Of a DNA stretch of 64,000 bases, positions 28,301-43,100 are shown in pieces. Made by a program: the position numbers and the translations under genes. Every line of letters begins with the position of its first letter. Position 1 is the stretch's first letter. The DNA is from the human T2T-CHM13v2.0 reference genome, Homo sapiens: assembly GCF_009914755.1 (NCBI RefSeq), contig NC_060940.1; one strand, written 5' to 3'. The notes beneath the pieces were generated by a model. That model was not told the origin of the DNA. It saw nothing but the letters and a program-made list of their open reading frames with translations, and searched no databases.

Positions 28301-31300
28301 GATGTTTCTATTTGAGTCCATTCGGTTATTTTATTAGACTACATTCGATGATGATTCCATTCGATGCCATTCAATGATTCCATTTGATTCCACTCAATGA
28401 TGATTGCATTCGTGTCCATTCGATGATTCCATTTGGTTCCATTTGATGATGATTCCATTCGAGTCCATTCGATGATACCATTCAATTCCATTCGATGATC
28501 ATTCCATTCGAATCCATTTGATGATTCCACTCAATTCCATTTGATGACTCCTTTCATTCCCATTCGATGATTCCCTTCAGTTCCAATTGGATGATCTTTC
28601 CATTTGATTCAATATGGTGACTCCATTCTATTATATTCAATGATGATTCCATTCGACTCCATTAGATGATGACTCCATTCCATTCCATTCGATTGTGATT
28701 TCATTCGATTCCATTCGAAGATGATTCCATTCGAGTCCATTTGATGATTCCATTCGATTCCATTCAATGATGATTCCACTCAAATCCATTGGATGATTCC
28801 ATTCGTTTCCAATTGGTGATTTCATTAGATTCCATTCGAGGATGATTCTATTCGAGTCCATTCAATGATTCCATTGGATTCCGTTTGATAATGATTCCAT
28901 TAGAGTTCATTCGATGATTCCCTTCGAGTCCATTCGATTATTTCTTTTGATTCCATTTGATGATGATTCCATTCGATTCCATTCAATGATTCCATTCCAT
29001 TCCATTCGATGATGATTCCATTCGATAATGATTACATTCGAGCCCATGTGATGATTCCATTAGATTCTATTCAATGATGATTCCATTCGACCACATTCGA
29101 TGATGGCATTCGAGTCCATTCGATGATTTCACTCGATTCCACTTGATGATGATTCCTTTTGAGTCCATTTGATGATTACATTCGAGTCCATGAGATGACT
29201 CCATTCGATTCCATTTCATGATGATGCAATTCGAGGCTATTCGATCATCCCATTTTAGTGCATTCGGTGATTCTCTTTTATTACATTCGATGAGGGCTCC
29301 ATTCGAGTCCATTCAATGATTCCATTAGATTCCACTCGATGATGATTCCATTTGAGTCCATTCAAAGATTCCTTTCGAGTCCATTCGATAATTCTATTGG
29401 ATTCCACTAGGTGATGATTCCTTTCGAGTCAATTCGATGATTCCTTTCAAGTGCCTTCAATGATTCCATTCGATTCCATTCGATGACGATTCATTTCAAG
29501 TCCATTCAATGGTTCCATTCTGTTGAATTTGATGGTTCCATTTGATTCCATTCGATGATGATTCCATTCGTGTCCATTGGATGATTCCATTCGATTCCTT
29601 TCGAGGAAGATTCCATTCGACTCCATTCGATGATTCCGTTCGATTCCATTCCATGATGATTCCATTTGATTCCATTCCATGATTCCATTCGATACCATTC
29701 GATGATGATTCCATTCGACTCCATTTGATGAATCCATTCAATGCTTCCATTCGAGTCCATTCGATGATTCCATTCGATTCCATTCCATGAAGATTCCATT
29801 CGAGTACATTTGATGATTCCATTTAATTCCATAGGATGATGATTCTATTAGGGTCCGTTGACTATTCCATTCAATTCCATTCGAAGATTCCATTCGAGTC
29901 CACTCGATGATTCTATTTGATTCCATTTGATAATTCCATTCGATTCCATTTGATGTTGATTCCATTCGAGTCCATTCGATCATTATTACATTTGATTCTA
30001 TTCGATGATTCCATTCGATTCCATTTGATGAGGATTCCATTCGAGACCATTTGATGATTCCATTCAATTCCATTGGATGATTCCAATATTTTCCATTAGA
30101 TGATGATTCCATTCGATTCCATTCAATGATGATTCCATCAGAATCCATTCGATGATGACTCCTTTTGCTTCCATTCAATGATCATTACATTCGGTTCCAT
30201 TCGATGATGATTCCTTTGGATTCCATTCGATGATGCTTCCATTCGATTCCATTTGATGATGATTCTTTTCGATTCCATTTGATGATGATTCCATTTGATT
30301 CCATTCGATGGTGATTCCATTTGATGATTCCATTCGATTGTATTCGATGATGATTCCACTCGATTCTATTTGATGATGACTGCATTCGATTCCATTTGAT
30401 GATTCCATTTGATTCCATTCGATGATGATTCTGATCAATTGCATTCGATGATCCATTCGATTCCATTTGATGGTTCCATTTGATTCCATTTGATAATGAT
30501 TCCTTTCGAGTCCATTCGATGATTCCATTTGCGGATATTCGATAATTCCATTTGAGTCCAACCGATGATTCCATTCGAGGCCATTCAATCATTCTTTTTG
30601 AGTCCTTTCGATAAAGATTCCATTTTAGTCCATTCAATAATTCCACTGGAGTCCATTCGATGATTGCTTTTAATTCCATTCGATGATATTCCATTCGAGT
30701 CCATTCGATGATTCCATTCGTTGCTATTAGATGATGATTCCATTCATGACCATTTGGTGATTCCATTCGATTTCATTCGTTGATGATTCCATTCGAGTCC
30801 ATTCCATGATTCCATTCAAGTCCATTTGATGATTTCTTTGAATTCAATTCGATGATGATTCCATTCGAGTCCATTCGATGATTCCATTCAGTTCCATTCG
30901 ATGATGATTCCTTTCGAGACCATATGATGATTCCATTTGATTTCATTCGATGATGATTCCATTCGATTCCATTCGATGATTCCATTCTATTCCATTCGAT
31001 GATGATTCCATTCGAGTCCATTTAATGATTCCATTGGGTTCAATTCAATGATGATTACATTGGATTCTCTTCTATGATACCATTCAATTCCGTTCATTGA
31101 CAATTTGATTCCATTCGATGATGATTCCATTTGAGTTCATTCGATGATTCTATTCGATTCTCTTCGATGGTGATTCAATTCTATTATATTGGATGATTCC
31201 ATTCGATTCCATTTGATGTTGATTCAATTCGATTCTATTCGATGATGATTCCATTGGATTTCATTTGATGATTCTATTCGATTCCATTCAATGATGATTC

Positions 31301-34300
31301 ACTTCTCGTCCATTGGATGATTCCATTTCATTCCATTCGATGATGATTCCATTCGATTCCATTCGATGATTCCATTTGATTCCATTCGACGGTGAGCAAT
31401 TCGATTCAATTCCATGATGATTCTATTTGATTCAGTTAGATGATGTTTCCATTCGAATCCATTCCATGATTATTCCATTGGAATCCATTCGGCGATGATT
31501 CCATATGAGTCAATTCAATGATGCTTCCATATGGGTCAGTTCGATGATAATTCCATTTGATTTCATTCGATGCTTCTATTCAATTCCAGTCGATGATGAT
31601 TCCGTTGGAGTCCATACGATGACTCCATTTGATTTCATTTGATGATGATTCCATTCGATTCCATTCGATGACTCCATTCTGTTCCATTCGATGATGATTC
31701 CATTCGAGTCCATTCGATGATTCCATTCGAGTCCATTTCATGATTCCATTGGGTTCAATTCGATGATGATTACACTGGATTCCATTCTATGATTCCATTC
31801 AGTTCCATTCGTTGATGATTCGATTCCATTCAATGATGATTCCATTTGAGTTCATTCGATGATTCTATTCGATTCCGTTCGATGGTGATTCAATTCTATT
31901 ATATTGGATGATTCCATTCGATTCCATTTGATGATGTTTCCATTCGATTCCATTCGATGATGATTCCATTTGATTCCATTTGATGTTGATTCTATTCGAT
32001 TCTATTCAATGATGATTCCATTCGATTTCATTTGATGATTCTATTGGATTCCTTTCGATGATTCTATTCCATTCCATTCGATGATGATTCAATTCTCTTC
32101 CATTGGATGATTCCATTTTATTCCATTCGACGATGACTCCATTTGATTCCATTCAATGATGATTCCATTCGATTCCATTCGGTGATTCCATTTGATTCCA
32201 TTCGACGGTGAGCAATTTGATTCAATTCCATAATGATTCTATTTGATTCAATTAGATGATGTTTCCATTCGAATCCATTCGGTGATGATTCCATTGGTAT
32301 CCATTCGACGATGATTCCATATGAGTCAATTCGATGATGATTCCATACGAGTCCGTTGGATGATAATTCCATTTGATTTCATTCAATCCTTCTATTCGAT
32401 TCCACTTGATGATGATTCCATCTGAATCCATTCTCCGATTCCATTCGATTTCATTCGATGCTTCTATTTGATTTCATTCGAAGATGATTCCTTTCAATTC
32501 CGTTCATTAATTCCATTTGATTCCATTCGATGATGATTCCATCCGATTCCATTGGATGATGATTCCATTCGAGTCCATTCGATGATTCCGTTCTAATCCA
32601 TTCTATGATTCCATTCGAGTCCATTCGATGATTCCATTCGATTCCATTCAGTGATGATTCCATTTGATTCCATCTGATGATGATTTCATTTGATTCCATT
32701 CGATGATGATTCCATTGGAGTCCATTGAATGATTCAATTCAATTCCATTCCATGTGGATTCCATTCGAATTCATTCGATTATTCCATTCAAATCCCTTCG
32801 TTGATTCCATCTGATTCCACTTGACGATGATTCCATTCAAGTCCAATCGATGATTCCATTCGGTTCCATTCAATGATTCCATTCGAGTCCATTTATGTAT
32901 TATATTCGTGTCCACTTGATGACTCACTCCATTCAATTCCATTTAATGATGATTCCATTTGATTCCATTTGATGATTCAGTTCGATTCCTTACAATGATT
33001 CCCTACGATTCCTTTCTATGATGATTCCATTCGATTCCATTCATTGATGATTCCATTCGACTCCATTCAATGATGATTCCTTTCGATTCCATTTGACGAT
33101 GTTTCCATTTGAGTCCATTCGATGATGATACAATTCAGTTCTGTTCTATTATGAATCCATTCGATTTCATTCAATGCTTCAATTTGATTCCATTCGACGA
33201 TGATTCCATCTCTTTCCCTTCGATGATTCCATCTCTTTCCCTTCGATGATTCCATTTGATTCCATTCAGTGATGATTCCATTTGATTCCATCTGATGATG
33301 ATTTCACTTGATTCCTTTCAATGATGATTCCATTCAAGTCCATTCGATGATTCCATTGGAGTCCAAACGATCATTCCATTCGATTCCATTCAATGATGAT
33401 TCCATTCATGTCCATTCGATGAATCCTTTCAATTCCATTCGATGATGACTCCATTCGAGTACATTCGATGATTCCATTTGATTCTATCTGATGATGATTA
33501 CATTCAATTCCATTCGAAGATGATTCCATTCAATTCCACTTGATGATGATTCCGTATGAATCCATTCGCTGATTATTCCATTCGATTCCATTCATTGACG
33601 ATTCCATTCGATTCCATTCAATGATGATTCTCTTCTATTGCATTCGATGATTCCGTTCGATTCCATTCGATGATGATTCCATTAGATTCCATTCGATTGT
33701 TGCATTCGATTCCCTTCGATGATGATTCCTTTGAATTCCATTCGATTATGATTCCGTATGAATCCATTTGATGATTATTCCATTGGATTCCTTTCGATGA
33801 TGATTCCATTCTATTCCATTTGATGATGTTTCTCATGTATTCCATTTGATAATTCCTTTCAATTCCCTTCGATGATGATTCTTTCGAGTCAAATCGATGA
33901 TTCTATTCCATTCCCTTCGATGATGATTCCATTTCACTCCATTCGATGATTCCATTCGATTCAATTTGGTGATGATTCAATTCGATGACATTCGATGACT
34001 CCATTCAATTTCATTTGATGATGATTACATTCGAGTCCATTTGATGATTGTATTCCTTTCCTTTTGATGATTATTCCATTCGTGTCTATTCAAAGATTCC
34101 ATTCTATTCCATTCAATGATGATTCCAATTGATTCCATTCAATGATTATGGCTATCGATTCCACTCGTTGATTCCATTTGATTCCATTCGATGATTATTC
34201 CGTTAGATTCCATTAGGAGATTCCATTCGATTTTATTCAATGATTCCAATTGATTCCATTCAATGATGATTCCATTCGACTCCGTTCAGTGATTCCATTT

Positions 34301-37148
34301 GAGTCCATTTGAGGATTCCATTCGAGTCCATATGATGATTCCATTCTTTTCCATTTGATAATGATTCCATTAGGGTCCATTCAATGATTCCATTCGAGTC
34401 CATTCGTTAATGCCTTTCGAGTCCTTTTGATCACTACATTCGAGTCCATTCAATGATTCTATTCGATTCCATTCCATGATGATTCCATTCGAGTTCATTC
34501 GATGATTGCATTCGAGTCCATTTGATGATTCCATATGATTCCATTCGACAATGATTCCATTCGTGTCCATTTGATGATTCCATTCATTTCCTATCGATGA
34601 AGATTCCATTCGAGTGTATTCGATGATTCCATTCAAATCCATTCGATGATGATTCCATTCCAGTCCATTCGATCATTCCACTTGATTCCATTTGATGACT
34701 ATTCCATTCAAATCCATTTGATGATTCCATTCGATTCCATTCGATGTTACCATTCCAGTATATACGATGATTCCACTCGATTCCATTTGATGATTATTCC
34801 ATTGGAGTCCACTTAGTGAATCCTTTAGATTCTACTCGAAGATGATTCCATTCGAGTCCATTCGATGATACCATTCAATTCCATTCGTTGATGCTTCCAT
34901 TCAAGGGCATTCGATGATATCATTCGATTCCATTTGATGATAATTCCATTTGATTCCATGTGATGATTCTATTCCATTCCATTCAATGATAATTCCATTC
35001 AATTCAGTGATTCCTCTGGACTCCATTTGATGATGATTCCATTCAATGATTCCATTCGATTCTATTCGAAAATGATTCCATTTGAATCCATTTGATGATG
35101 ATTCCATTAGATTCCATTTGATGATTCCATTCGATTCCATTCGACGATGATACCATTCGATTCCATTTGATGATTCCATTCTATTCTATTCGATGATGAT
35201 TCCATTTGATTCCATTCGATCATGATTGGATTCGATTCCATTTGATGATTTCATTTGATTCCATTTGATGATGATTTCGATCAATTCCATTCGATGATTC
35301 CATTCGATTCCATTCGATAATTATTACATCCGTGTCCATTCTATGATTCCATTTGAGCCCGTTCGATAATTCCATTTGAGTCCAATCAATGATTCCATTC
35401 ATTTCCATTCAATGATTCCATTCGAGTCCATTTGATCATTCCGGTAGGGTCCGTTCGATGTTGATTCCATTGGAGTGCATTCGATGATTCCATTCGAGTC
35501 CATTTTATGATTTGATTCGAGTCCTTTCGATGATTCCAATCGATTCCACTCGATGATTTCATTCGAGTCCATTCGACACTTCCAATCGATTCCATTTGAT
35601 GTTTCCATTCGAGTCCAATTGATGATTCCATTCAATTCCATTCGATGATGATTCCGTACGATTCCATTCTGTGATGATTCCATGTGATTGCATTCAATGA
35701 TGATTCCTTTCGATTGCATTCGATTGTGATTCATTTCGTGTTCATTCTATGGTTCCACAGGTTTCCATTCGTGTCCATTCCATTATTCCATTCTATTCCA
35801 TTTGATGATGATTCCATTCGATTCCATTCATTGGTGATTCCACTCAATTCCATTCAATGATTCCATTCCATTTCTTTCAACAATGATTCCATTAGTTTCT
35901 AATCGATGATCCACTTGATTCCATTTGACGATGATTCCATTCTTGTCCATTCGATGATTCCATTTGATTCCATATGAAGATGATTCCATTCGATTCCATA
36001 CGATGATGATTCCATTCGAGTCCATTCAATGGTGATTCCATTCAATTCCATTCGGTGATTCCTTTCGATTCCATTTGATGATGCTGGCATTCGATTCCTT
36101 TCAATCATTCCCTTTGATTCCACTCAAAGGTGATTTCATTCAAGTCCATTCGATAATTGCATTCGATTCCATTCTATGATGATTCCATTCGAGTCCATTT
36201 GATGATTCCATTCAATTCAAGTCAATGATGATTCCATTCGATTCCATTCGATGATTCCATTGGATTCCATTCGATGATGATTCCATTCAAATCCATTCAA
36301 TAATTCAATTCACGTCCATTCGATGATGATTCCAATCGAATCCATTCAAAGATTCCATTCAATTCCATTCGATGATTCCCTTAGATTCCATTCGATGATT
36401 CCACTTGATTCCATTTACGATGATTCAATTCGATTCCATGTGATGATTCCATTCAATTCTATTCAATGATGTTTCCATTTGATTCCATTCGACCATGATT
36501 GCCTTTGATTCCATTCAATGATTCCATTCGGTTCCGTTTGATGATGATTCCGTTCGATTCCATTTGATGATTCCATTTGATTCCATTGGATGAGTCCATT
36601 CGATTACATTCGATGATTATTCCATTCGAGTGCATTAGATGATTCCATTCGAGTCCATTCGATGATTCCATTCGAGTCCATTCGATGATTCCATTCGATT
36701 CCATTCGATGTTGATTCTGTTCAAATCCATTCGATGATTCCACTCGATTCCATTCGATGACTCCATTTGATCCCATTCGATGATTTCCTTTGATTCCCTT
36801 TGATGATCATTCCATTTGATTCAATTCGGTGATTTCATTGGATTCCATTCAGTGATGTTTCCATTCGACTCCATTCGATGATGATTCCATTCGACTCCAT
36901 TCGATTATGATTTCATTCAATTCCATTCGATAATGATTCCCTTCGAGTCCATTCGATGATTCCATTCGATTCCATTCAACGATGATTTGATTCGTGTCCA
37001 TTCGATGATTCCATTTGATTCCACTTGATGATGATTCCATTCGAGTCCATTTGATGATTCCATTCAATTCCATTCTCCGATGATTTTTTTTGAGCCCATT
37101 CAATGCTTCCACTCGATTCCATATGATGACTCCATTTGATGAAATTCG
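25308..37148 (+). repeat. Higher-order repeat unit 3 (type A variant, 11,841 bp; lacks one 836-bp subrepeat and is more diverged distally)
   Basis: Offset to unit 2 is 12665 up to ~32.5 kb, then 11829 (20910->32739), 11852, 11844 and 11841. Confidence 0.92.
33200..33250 (+). repeat. 23-bp tandem duplication (TGATTCCATCTCTTTCCCTTCGA x2) private to unit 3
   Basis: Directly visible. The offset to unit 2 changes from 11829 to 11852. Confidence 0.9.
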
Positions 37149-40100
37149 ATGATGATTCCATTCGCTTGCATTCGATGATGATTCCACTTGAGTCCGTTAG
37201 AAGATTCTATTCAAATACATTCCTTGACGATTCCGTTCGAGTCCATTGGATGATTCCATTAGACTCCATTCGACGATGATTCCATTCGATGTTATTCGAT
37301 GATTCCATTTGATCTCATTCGATGATGATTCCATTCAACTCCATTCGATGTTTCCATACGAGTTCATTCTATTATTCCATTAGATTCCATTCGATGATGA
37401 TTCCAATCGATTCCCTTTGATGATTGCATTCTACTTCATTTGATGATGATTCCATTCGAGTCCATTCGATGATTCCACTCGTTTCCATTCCATGATGATT
37501 CCATTCCATTCCATTCAATGATTCCATTCCATTCCGTTTGATGATGATTTCATTCGAGTCCATTTGATGATTCCATTTGATTCCATTCGATGATGATTCC
37601 ATTCGAGTCCATTCGATGATTCTATTCGAATCCATTTGATGATTTCTTTTGATTATATTTGGTGATGATTCCATTGGAGTCCATTCAATGATTCCATTCT
37701 ATTCCAATCGATGATGATTCCATTAGAGTCCATTTAATGATTCCATTTGATTCCAGTCTCTGTTGATTACATTCGAGTCCATACGATGATTCCACTCAAT
37801 TCCATATGATGATGATTCCATTCGATTCCGTTCGATGATTCCATTCTATTCTATTCAATGGTGATTCCATTCGAGTACATTAGATGATTCCATTCGATTC
37901 CATTCAAAGATGATTCTATTTGTGTCCCTTAGATGATTCCACATGATTCCATTAGATGATGATACTATTTGAGCCCATCCAATGATTCCTTTCGATTCCA
38001 TTCGATGAGGATTCCATTCGATTCAATTCATTGGTGATTCTATTCAATTCAATTCTTTGATTCCATTGCATTCCAATCGACAATGATTCCATTCGATTTC
38101 TTTCGATGATTCCACTCGATTCCACTTGACATTGATTCCATTCGATTCCATTCAATGATTCCATTTGATTCCAGTGGATGATGATTGCCATCGATTCCAT
38201 TCGATCACTCCATTCTATTCCATTTGATGATGATTACATTCGATTCCATTTGATGATTCCAGCTGATTCTATTCGAGGATTCCATTTGATTCCATTCGAT
38301 GATGATTCCATTCGAGTCCATTCGATGATTTCATTCGAGTACATCCAATGATTCCATTCGAGTCCATTTGATGATTCCATTTGATTCCATTTGATAATGA
38401 TTCTTCTAGAGTCCGTTCAATGACTCCATTCGAGTCCATTCAACAATTCCATTCGACTCCATTCGATGATTCCATTCGATTCCATTTGATGATTCCATTC
38501 GAGTCCATTTAATCATTACAGTCGAGTCCATTTGGTGATTCCACTGTTATTCTTTTGATAATGATACCATTCAATTACATTTGATGATGATCCCATTCAA
38601 TTTCATTTGATGATGATTCCCTTAGAGTCCATTCGATGATTTCATCCGAGTCCCTTCACTGATTCCATCCGATTTCATTGGATGATGACTCCATTCGAGT
38701 CCATTCGATGATTCCACTCGATTCCATTAGATGATTCCATTGGAGTCCATTTGATTGTTCCATTCGATTCCATTCGATTCCTTTCGAAGATTATTCCATT
38801 TGAGTCCATTCGATGATGATTCCATTCCATTCCATTCGATGATTCCGTTTGATTCCATTCAATGATTCCCTTCGATTCCTTTCTTTGATGATTCCATTCC
38901 ATTCCATTCAATGAATCCATTCGAATCTATTCCATGATGATTCCTTTCGATTCCATTCGCTGATGTTTCCGTTCAATTCCATTCGATGATGATTCCATTC
39001 GATTCCATTCATTGAGGATTCCATTTGATTCCATTCAATGATGATTCCGTTCTATTCCATTCAATGATTGCATTCAATTCCATTCAATGATTATCCCCTT
39101 AGAGTAAACTCAACGATTCCATTCAATACCATTCGATGATGATTCCTTTTGAGTCCATTCAATGATTTCATTCAAGTCCATTTGATGATTCCTTTCAATT
39201 CCATTCTATGATGATTCCATTCGAGTCCATTCGATGATTCCATTCGATTGCATTCGATTATTCCATTATATTCCAGTCAACGATGATTCCATTCGAGTCC
39301 ATTCGATTATTCCATTAGAGTACATTTAATGATTGCTTTGTTTTCAATTCGAAGATGATTACATTGGATTCCATTCTATGATACCATTCGATTCCATTCA
39401 ATGATGATTCCACTCAAATCCATTGGATGATTCCATTCGTGTCCATTCGGTAATTTCATTAGATTCCATTCGAGGATGATTCCATTCGATTCCATTCGAT
39501 GATTCCATTCAATTCCATTCGATGATGATTCCATTCCAGTCCATATGATCATTCCATTTGATTTCATTCGATGATGATTCCATTCGATTCCATTCGATGA
39601 TTCCATTCTATTCCATTCGATGATGATTCCATTCGAGTCCATTCGATGATTCCATTCGAGTCCATTTAATGATTCCATTGGGTTCAATTCAATGATGATT
39701 ACATTGGATTCCGTTCTATGATTCCATTCAATTCCGTTCATTGACAATTTGATTCCATTCGATGATGATTCCATTTGAGTTCATTCGATGATTCTATTCG
39801 ATTCTCTTCGATGGTGATTCAATTCTATTATATTGGATGATTCCATTCGATTCCATTTGATGTTGATTCAATTCGATTCTATTCGATGATGATTCCATTG
39901 GATTTCACTTGATGATTCTATTCGATTCCATTCAATGATGATTCACTTCTCGTCCATTGGATGATTCCATTTCATTCCATTCGATGATGATTCCATTCGA
40001 TTCCATTCGATGATTCCATTTGATTCCATGCGACGGTGAGCAATTCGATTCAATTCCATGATGATTCTATTTGATTCAATTAGATGATGTTTCCATTCGA

Positions 40101-43100
40101 ATCCATTCCATGATTATTCCATTGGAATCCATTCGGCGATGATTCCATATGAGTCAATTCAATGATGATTCCATATGGGTCCGTTCGATGATAATTCCAT
40201 TTGATTTCATTCGGTGCTTCTATTCAATTCCAGTCGATGATGATTCCGTTGGAGTCCATACGATGATTCCATTTGATTTCATTTGATGATGATTCCATTC
40301 GATGATGATTACATTGGATTCCATTCTATGATTCCATTCAATTCCATTCGTTGATGATTCGATTCCATTCAATGATGATTCCATTTGAGTTCATTCGATG
40401 ATTCTATTCGATTCCGTTCGATGGTGATTCAATTCTCTTATATTGGATGAATCCACTCGATTCCATTTGATGATTATTCCATTGGAGTCCACTTAGTGAA
40501 TCCTTCAGATTCTACTCGAAGATGATTCCATTCGAGTCCATTCGATGATACCATTCAATTCCATTCGTTGATGCTTCCATTCAAGTGCATTCGATGATAT
40601 CATTCGATTCCATTTGATGATAATTCCATTTGATTCCATGCGATGATTCTATTCGATTCCATTCAATGATAATTCCATTCAATTCAGTGATTCCTCTGAA
40701 CTCCATTTGATGATGATTCCATTCAATGATTCCATTCGATTCTATTCGAAAATGATTCCATTTGAATCCATTTGATGATGATTCCATTAGATTCCATTTG
40801 ATGATTCCATTCGATTCCATTTGACGATGATTCCATTCGATTCCATTTGATGATTCCATTCTATTCTATTCGATGATGATTCCATTCGATTCCATTTGAT
40901 GATGATTGGATTCGATTCCATTTGATGATTTCATTTGATTCCATTCGTTAATGATTTCGATCAACTCCATTCGATGATTCCATTTGATTCCATTCGATAA
41001 TGATTACATCCGAGTCCATTCGATGATTCCATTTGAGCCTGTTCGATAATTCCATTTGAGTCCAATCAATGATTCCATTCATTTACATTCAATGATTCCA
41101 TTCGAGTCCATTTGATCATTCTGGTAGGGTCCGTTCGATGTTGATTCCATTGGAGTGCATTCGATGATTCCATTCGAGTCCATTTTATGATTTGATTCGA
41201 GTCCTTTCGATGATTCCATTCGATTCCACTCGATGATGATTTCATTCGAGTCCATTCGACACTTCCAATCGATTCCATTTGATGTTTCCATTCGAGTCCA
41301 ATTGATGATTCCATTCAATTCCATTCGATGATGATTCCGTACGATTCCATTCTGTGATGATTCCATGTGATTGCATTCAATGATGATTCCTTTCGATTGC
41401 ATTCGATTATGATTCATTTCGTGTTCATTCTATGGTTCCACAGGTTTCCATTCGATGACGTTTCCGTTCGTGTCCATTCCATTATTCCATTCTATTTCAT
41501 TTGATGATGATTCCATTCGATTCCATTCATTGGTGATTCCACTCAATTCCATTCAATGATTCCATTCCATTTCTTTCAACAATGATTCCATTAGTTTCTA
41601 TTCGATGATCCACTTGATTCCATTTGGCGATGATTCCATTCGTGTCCATTCGATGATTCCATTTGATTCCATATGATGATGATCCCATTCGATTCCATAC
41701 CATGATGATTCCATTCGAGTCCATTCAATGGTGATTCCATTCAATTCCATTCGATGATTCCTTCCGATTCCATTCGATGATGATGGCATTCGATTCCTTT
41801 CAATCATTCCCTTTGATTCCATTCAAAGGTGATTTCATTCAAGTCCATTCGATAATTGCATTCGATTCCATTCTATGATGATTCCATTCGAGTCCATTTG
41901 ATGATTCCATTCAATTCAAGTCAATGATGATTCCATTCAATTCCACTCGATGATTCCATTGGATTCCATTCGATGATGATTCCATTCAAATCCATTCGAT
42001 AATTCAATTCAAGTCCATTCGATGATGATTCCAATCGAATCCATTCAAAGATTCCATTCAATTCCATTCGATGATGATTCCCTTAGATTCCATTCGATGA
42101 TTCCACTTGATTCCATTTACGATGATTCCATTCGATTCCATGTGATGAATCCATTCAATTCTATTCAATGATGTTTCCATTTGATTCCATTGGACCATGA
42201 TTGCCTTTGATTCCATTCAATGATTCCATTCGGTTCCATTTGATGATGATTCCGTTCGATTCCATTTCATTATTCCATTTGATTCCATTGGATGAGTCCA
42301 TTCGATTACATTCGATGATTATTCCATTCGAGTGCATTAGATGATTGCATTCGAGTCCATTCGATGATTCCATTCGATTCCATTCGATGTTGATTCTGTT
42401 CAAATCCATTCGATGATTCCACTCGATTCCATTCAATGACTCCATTTGATCCCATTCGATGATTTCCTGTGATTCCCTTTGATGATCATTCTATTTGATT
42501 CAATTCGGTGATTTCATTTCATTCCATTCAGTGATGTTTCCATTCGACTGTATTCGATGATGATTCCATTCGACTCCATTCGATTATGATTTCATTCAAT
42601 TCCATTCAATAATGATTCCCTTCGAGTCCATTCGATGATTCCATTCGATTCCATTCAACGATGATTTGATTCGTTTCCATTCGATGATTCCATTTGATTC
42701 CACTTGATGATGATTCCATTCGAGTCTATTTATGTATTATATTCGTGTCCACTTCATGATTCCATTCAATTCCATTTAATGTTGATTCCATTTGATTCCA
42801 TTTGATGATTCAGTTCGATTCCTTGCAATGATTCCCTACGATTCCTTTCTATGATGATTCCATTCGATTCCATTCATTGATGATTTCATTCGATTCCATT
42901 CGATGATGATTCCTTTCGATTCCATTTGACGATGTTTCCATTCGAGTCCATTCGATGATGATTCTATTCAATTCTGTTCTATTATGATTCCATTCGATTT
43001 CATTCAATGCTTCTATTTGATTCCATTCGATGATGATTCCATCTCTTTCCCTTCGATGATTCCATTTGATTCCATTCAGTGATGATTCCATTTGATTCCA

